Shown piece by piece: positions 62,492 through 64,000 of a stretch of 64,000 nt of DNA. Below the pieces are notes generated by a model, which was not told the origin of the DNA, made no database searches, and was given only the letters and a program-made list of their open reading frames with translations. Numbering within the stretch: the stretch's first letter is position 1; every line of letters starts with the position of its first letter. The position numbers and the translations under genes are program-made. The stretch is from Tubiluchus corallicola (Eukaryota > Animalia > Priapulida), in the NCBI GenBank assembly GCA_030141605.1, contig JAQGDQ010000482.1, positions 1 to 64,000 of the forward strand. The letters are read 5' to 3'.

Positions 62492-62536
62492 GATTACTAG
62501 CAGGATTTTGCTTGGGAACAAGAAGAAATGAACTGG
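62492..62536 (+). CDS. Possible second exon of the gene starting at 56062
   Basis: ttacag|GA TTA..CTG G|gtaagg, 45 nt, phase 1-1; extends the leader as (G)LLAGFCLGTRRNEL; weak pyrimidine tract. Confidence 0.3.
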
Positions 62537-62824
62537 GTAAGGTTCTGGTTTGCTGTTAAAGCTGCTACTATTACAGTCTCATGGACTGCCAGGCATAGTC
62601 AAGTGTACACAAATGCATTGTTCAGTACACTTAACTTTTGACCTTTTTGTGATCATCATCAATCGCTCGAACTGTGAAAAGGCTTATTGGCAGCTGAATG
62701 GTTAGTTGGTTACAAATTCGATGCTCAAATTTCTTAATGTGCATATAATATTCACAATTCATTTGGTTAAATAGCTTTGACAAGCTGTTTCTTTTTCAAT
62801 TTGTATCTAAATTTTTTTATGTTG

Positions 62825-63490
62825 GACATTTAAGATTGAAATAAGAGATGCTGCCTCTACAGGGGACTGTGTGGTCTAGTGATTACAATTTTTCGTTTGC
62901 AATCGAAAGGTCTCTTTAGATTCCGGACATCTGCAATTGAAGTAAGACATGGCCATCACCACAAGGGTCTTTGTGGTCTAGTGATTATAATTTTTCACTT
63001 GTAGTCTAAAGGTCTCTGGCTTAGATCCTTGACATCTGTGATTGAAATAAGGTGTGCCATTGCCACAAAGGATTGTGTGGTCTAATGATTACAATTTTCC
63101 AATTGTAATTCAAGGGTCTCTGGCTTAGGTCTTGGGCATTTTGGGATTAAAATAAGGCAGGCAATCACCACAAGGGACTGCGTGGTGTAGTGATTACAAT
63201 TTTTCACTTGTAATCCAAAGGTCTCTGGCTCGTTTCCCAGAAAGTTCCAACTTTTCATTTCTCCTGTTTTGATGAAATTATAGAATTCCTGACTACAAAA
63301 CAAAAGGCTGGCTTAGGTCCTGGGCATTTTGTGATTGAAACAAGACAGGCCATCACCACAAGGGACTGTGTGGTCTAGTGATTACAGTTTGCACTTGTAA
63401 TCCAAAGGTCGCTGGCTCGCATCCTGGAAAATTCCAACTTTTTTGCATTTCTCCCGTTTTGATCAAATTACAGAATTTCTGACCGCAAAA
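62825..63490 (+). repeat. Tandem degenerate tRNA-derived (SINE-head-like) units, ~104 bp, 5 copies
   Basis: gggactgtgTGGTCTAGTGattacaatttttcacttgtaatccaaaggtctctGGCTTAGATCC recurs at ~62862, 62965, 63069, 63174 and 63362, with A-box and decayed B-box spacing. Confidence 0.65.
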
Positions 63491-64000
63491 GGCTGACTGC
63501 AATAGATTACTGCATTCTGAACACAGTTAATAGATGCTTTTTGTCACCAGTCCTGTGAAACGGCTGATATTATTCGAGTTCTATGCGAAGTCAGTGTTTG
63601 TATTTACATGATTCAAAGCTTTTTTTGCTCATAATAAATATAACATTAACCCAATAAACCCACAGTTGAAATTATAATCAGAAGGTTCCTGGTTCGAATC
63701 CAGGTTCAGTCGGAATTTTTACTTTTCCATTTTTAGTTCAGGTTTGACTTTTTAACAACTTCAAAACTATTGAGTTTATTTTATCATTAATTAATGCCTT
63801 TAATTTGAAATTAAGATTAAATTAAATCTAATTTAATAGTTTCTTCTTGTAAATTTTACTTTTTAAACCGTTCCTCGTGTTTAACAGTACTTGGTTAGCT
63901 GTAGTTTTTACTAACTAGCCAAGTATTCTACGTCTTGTTTTGCATAAATTTCTTGGCTAATGGCGCTTGTAGGCAGCTAATTACTGCTAATTAGTGCAGT

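Noticed and set aside
63670-63725. Functional tRNA gene
   Set aside because: Only the B-box/T-arm is recognisable; no A-box or acceptor stem could be paired.

Overview
Repeat-rich, AT-rich genomic DNA from an intron-containing animal, probably an invertebrate; the taxon cannot be fixed from this window. (1) Two inverted arrays of a 38-40 bp minisatellite (1-2655) enclose a unique ~90-nt loop that looks like a spliceable 57-nt exon. (2) A full-length but frameshifted Gmr1-type Gypsy LTR retrotransposon (16048-24692, minus strand) has the order PR-IN-RT-RH and a SCAN-like gag. (3) One amidase-signature exon (+) has no partner exons that I could find. (4) A two-exon LRR single-pass membrane protein gene (-) overlaps a 526-aa basic repeat ORF in another frame. 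(5) An intronless PLD3/PLD4-like ORF has lost the Lys of its first HKD motif. (6) Two adjacent minus-strand genes encode secreted Tyr/His(/Gly)-rich proteins that share a 17-aa motif I do not recognise; one has a tandemly duplicated last exon. (7) A + strand gene begins with a signal-peptide exon at 56062. The rest is LINE fragments, MITEs (hAT-, pogo- and Kolobok-like), tRNA-derived repeats, and mini/microsatellites. Gene models were spliced by eye from GT-AG signals and frame continuity; no database searches were run.
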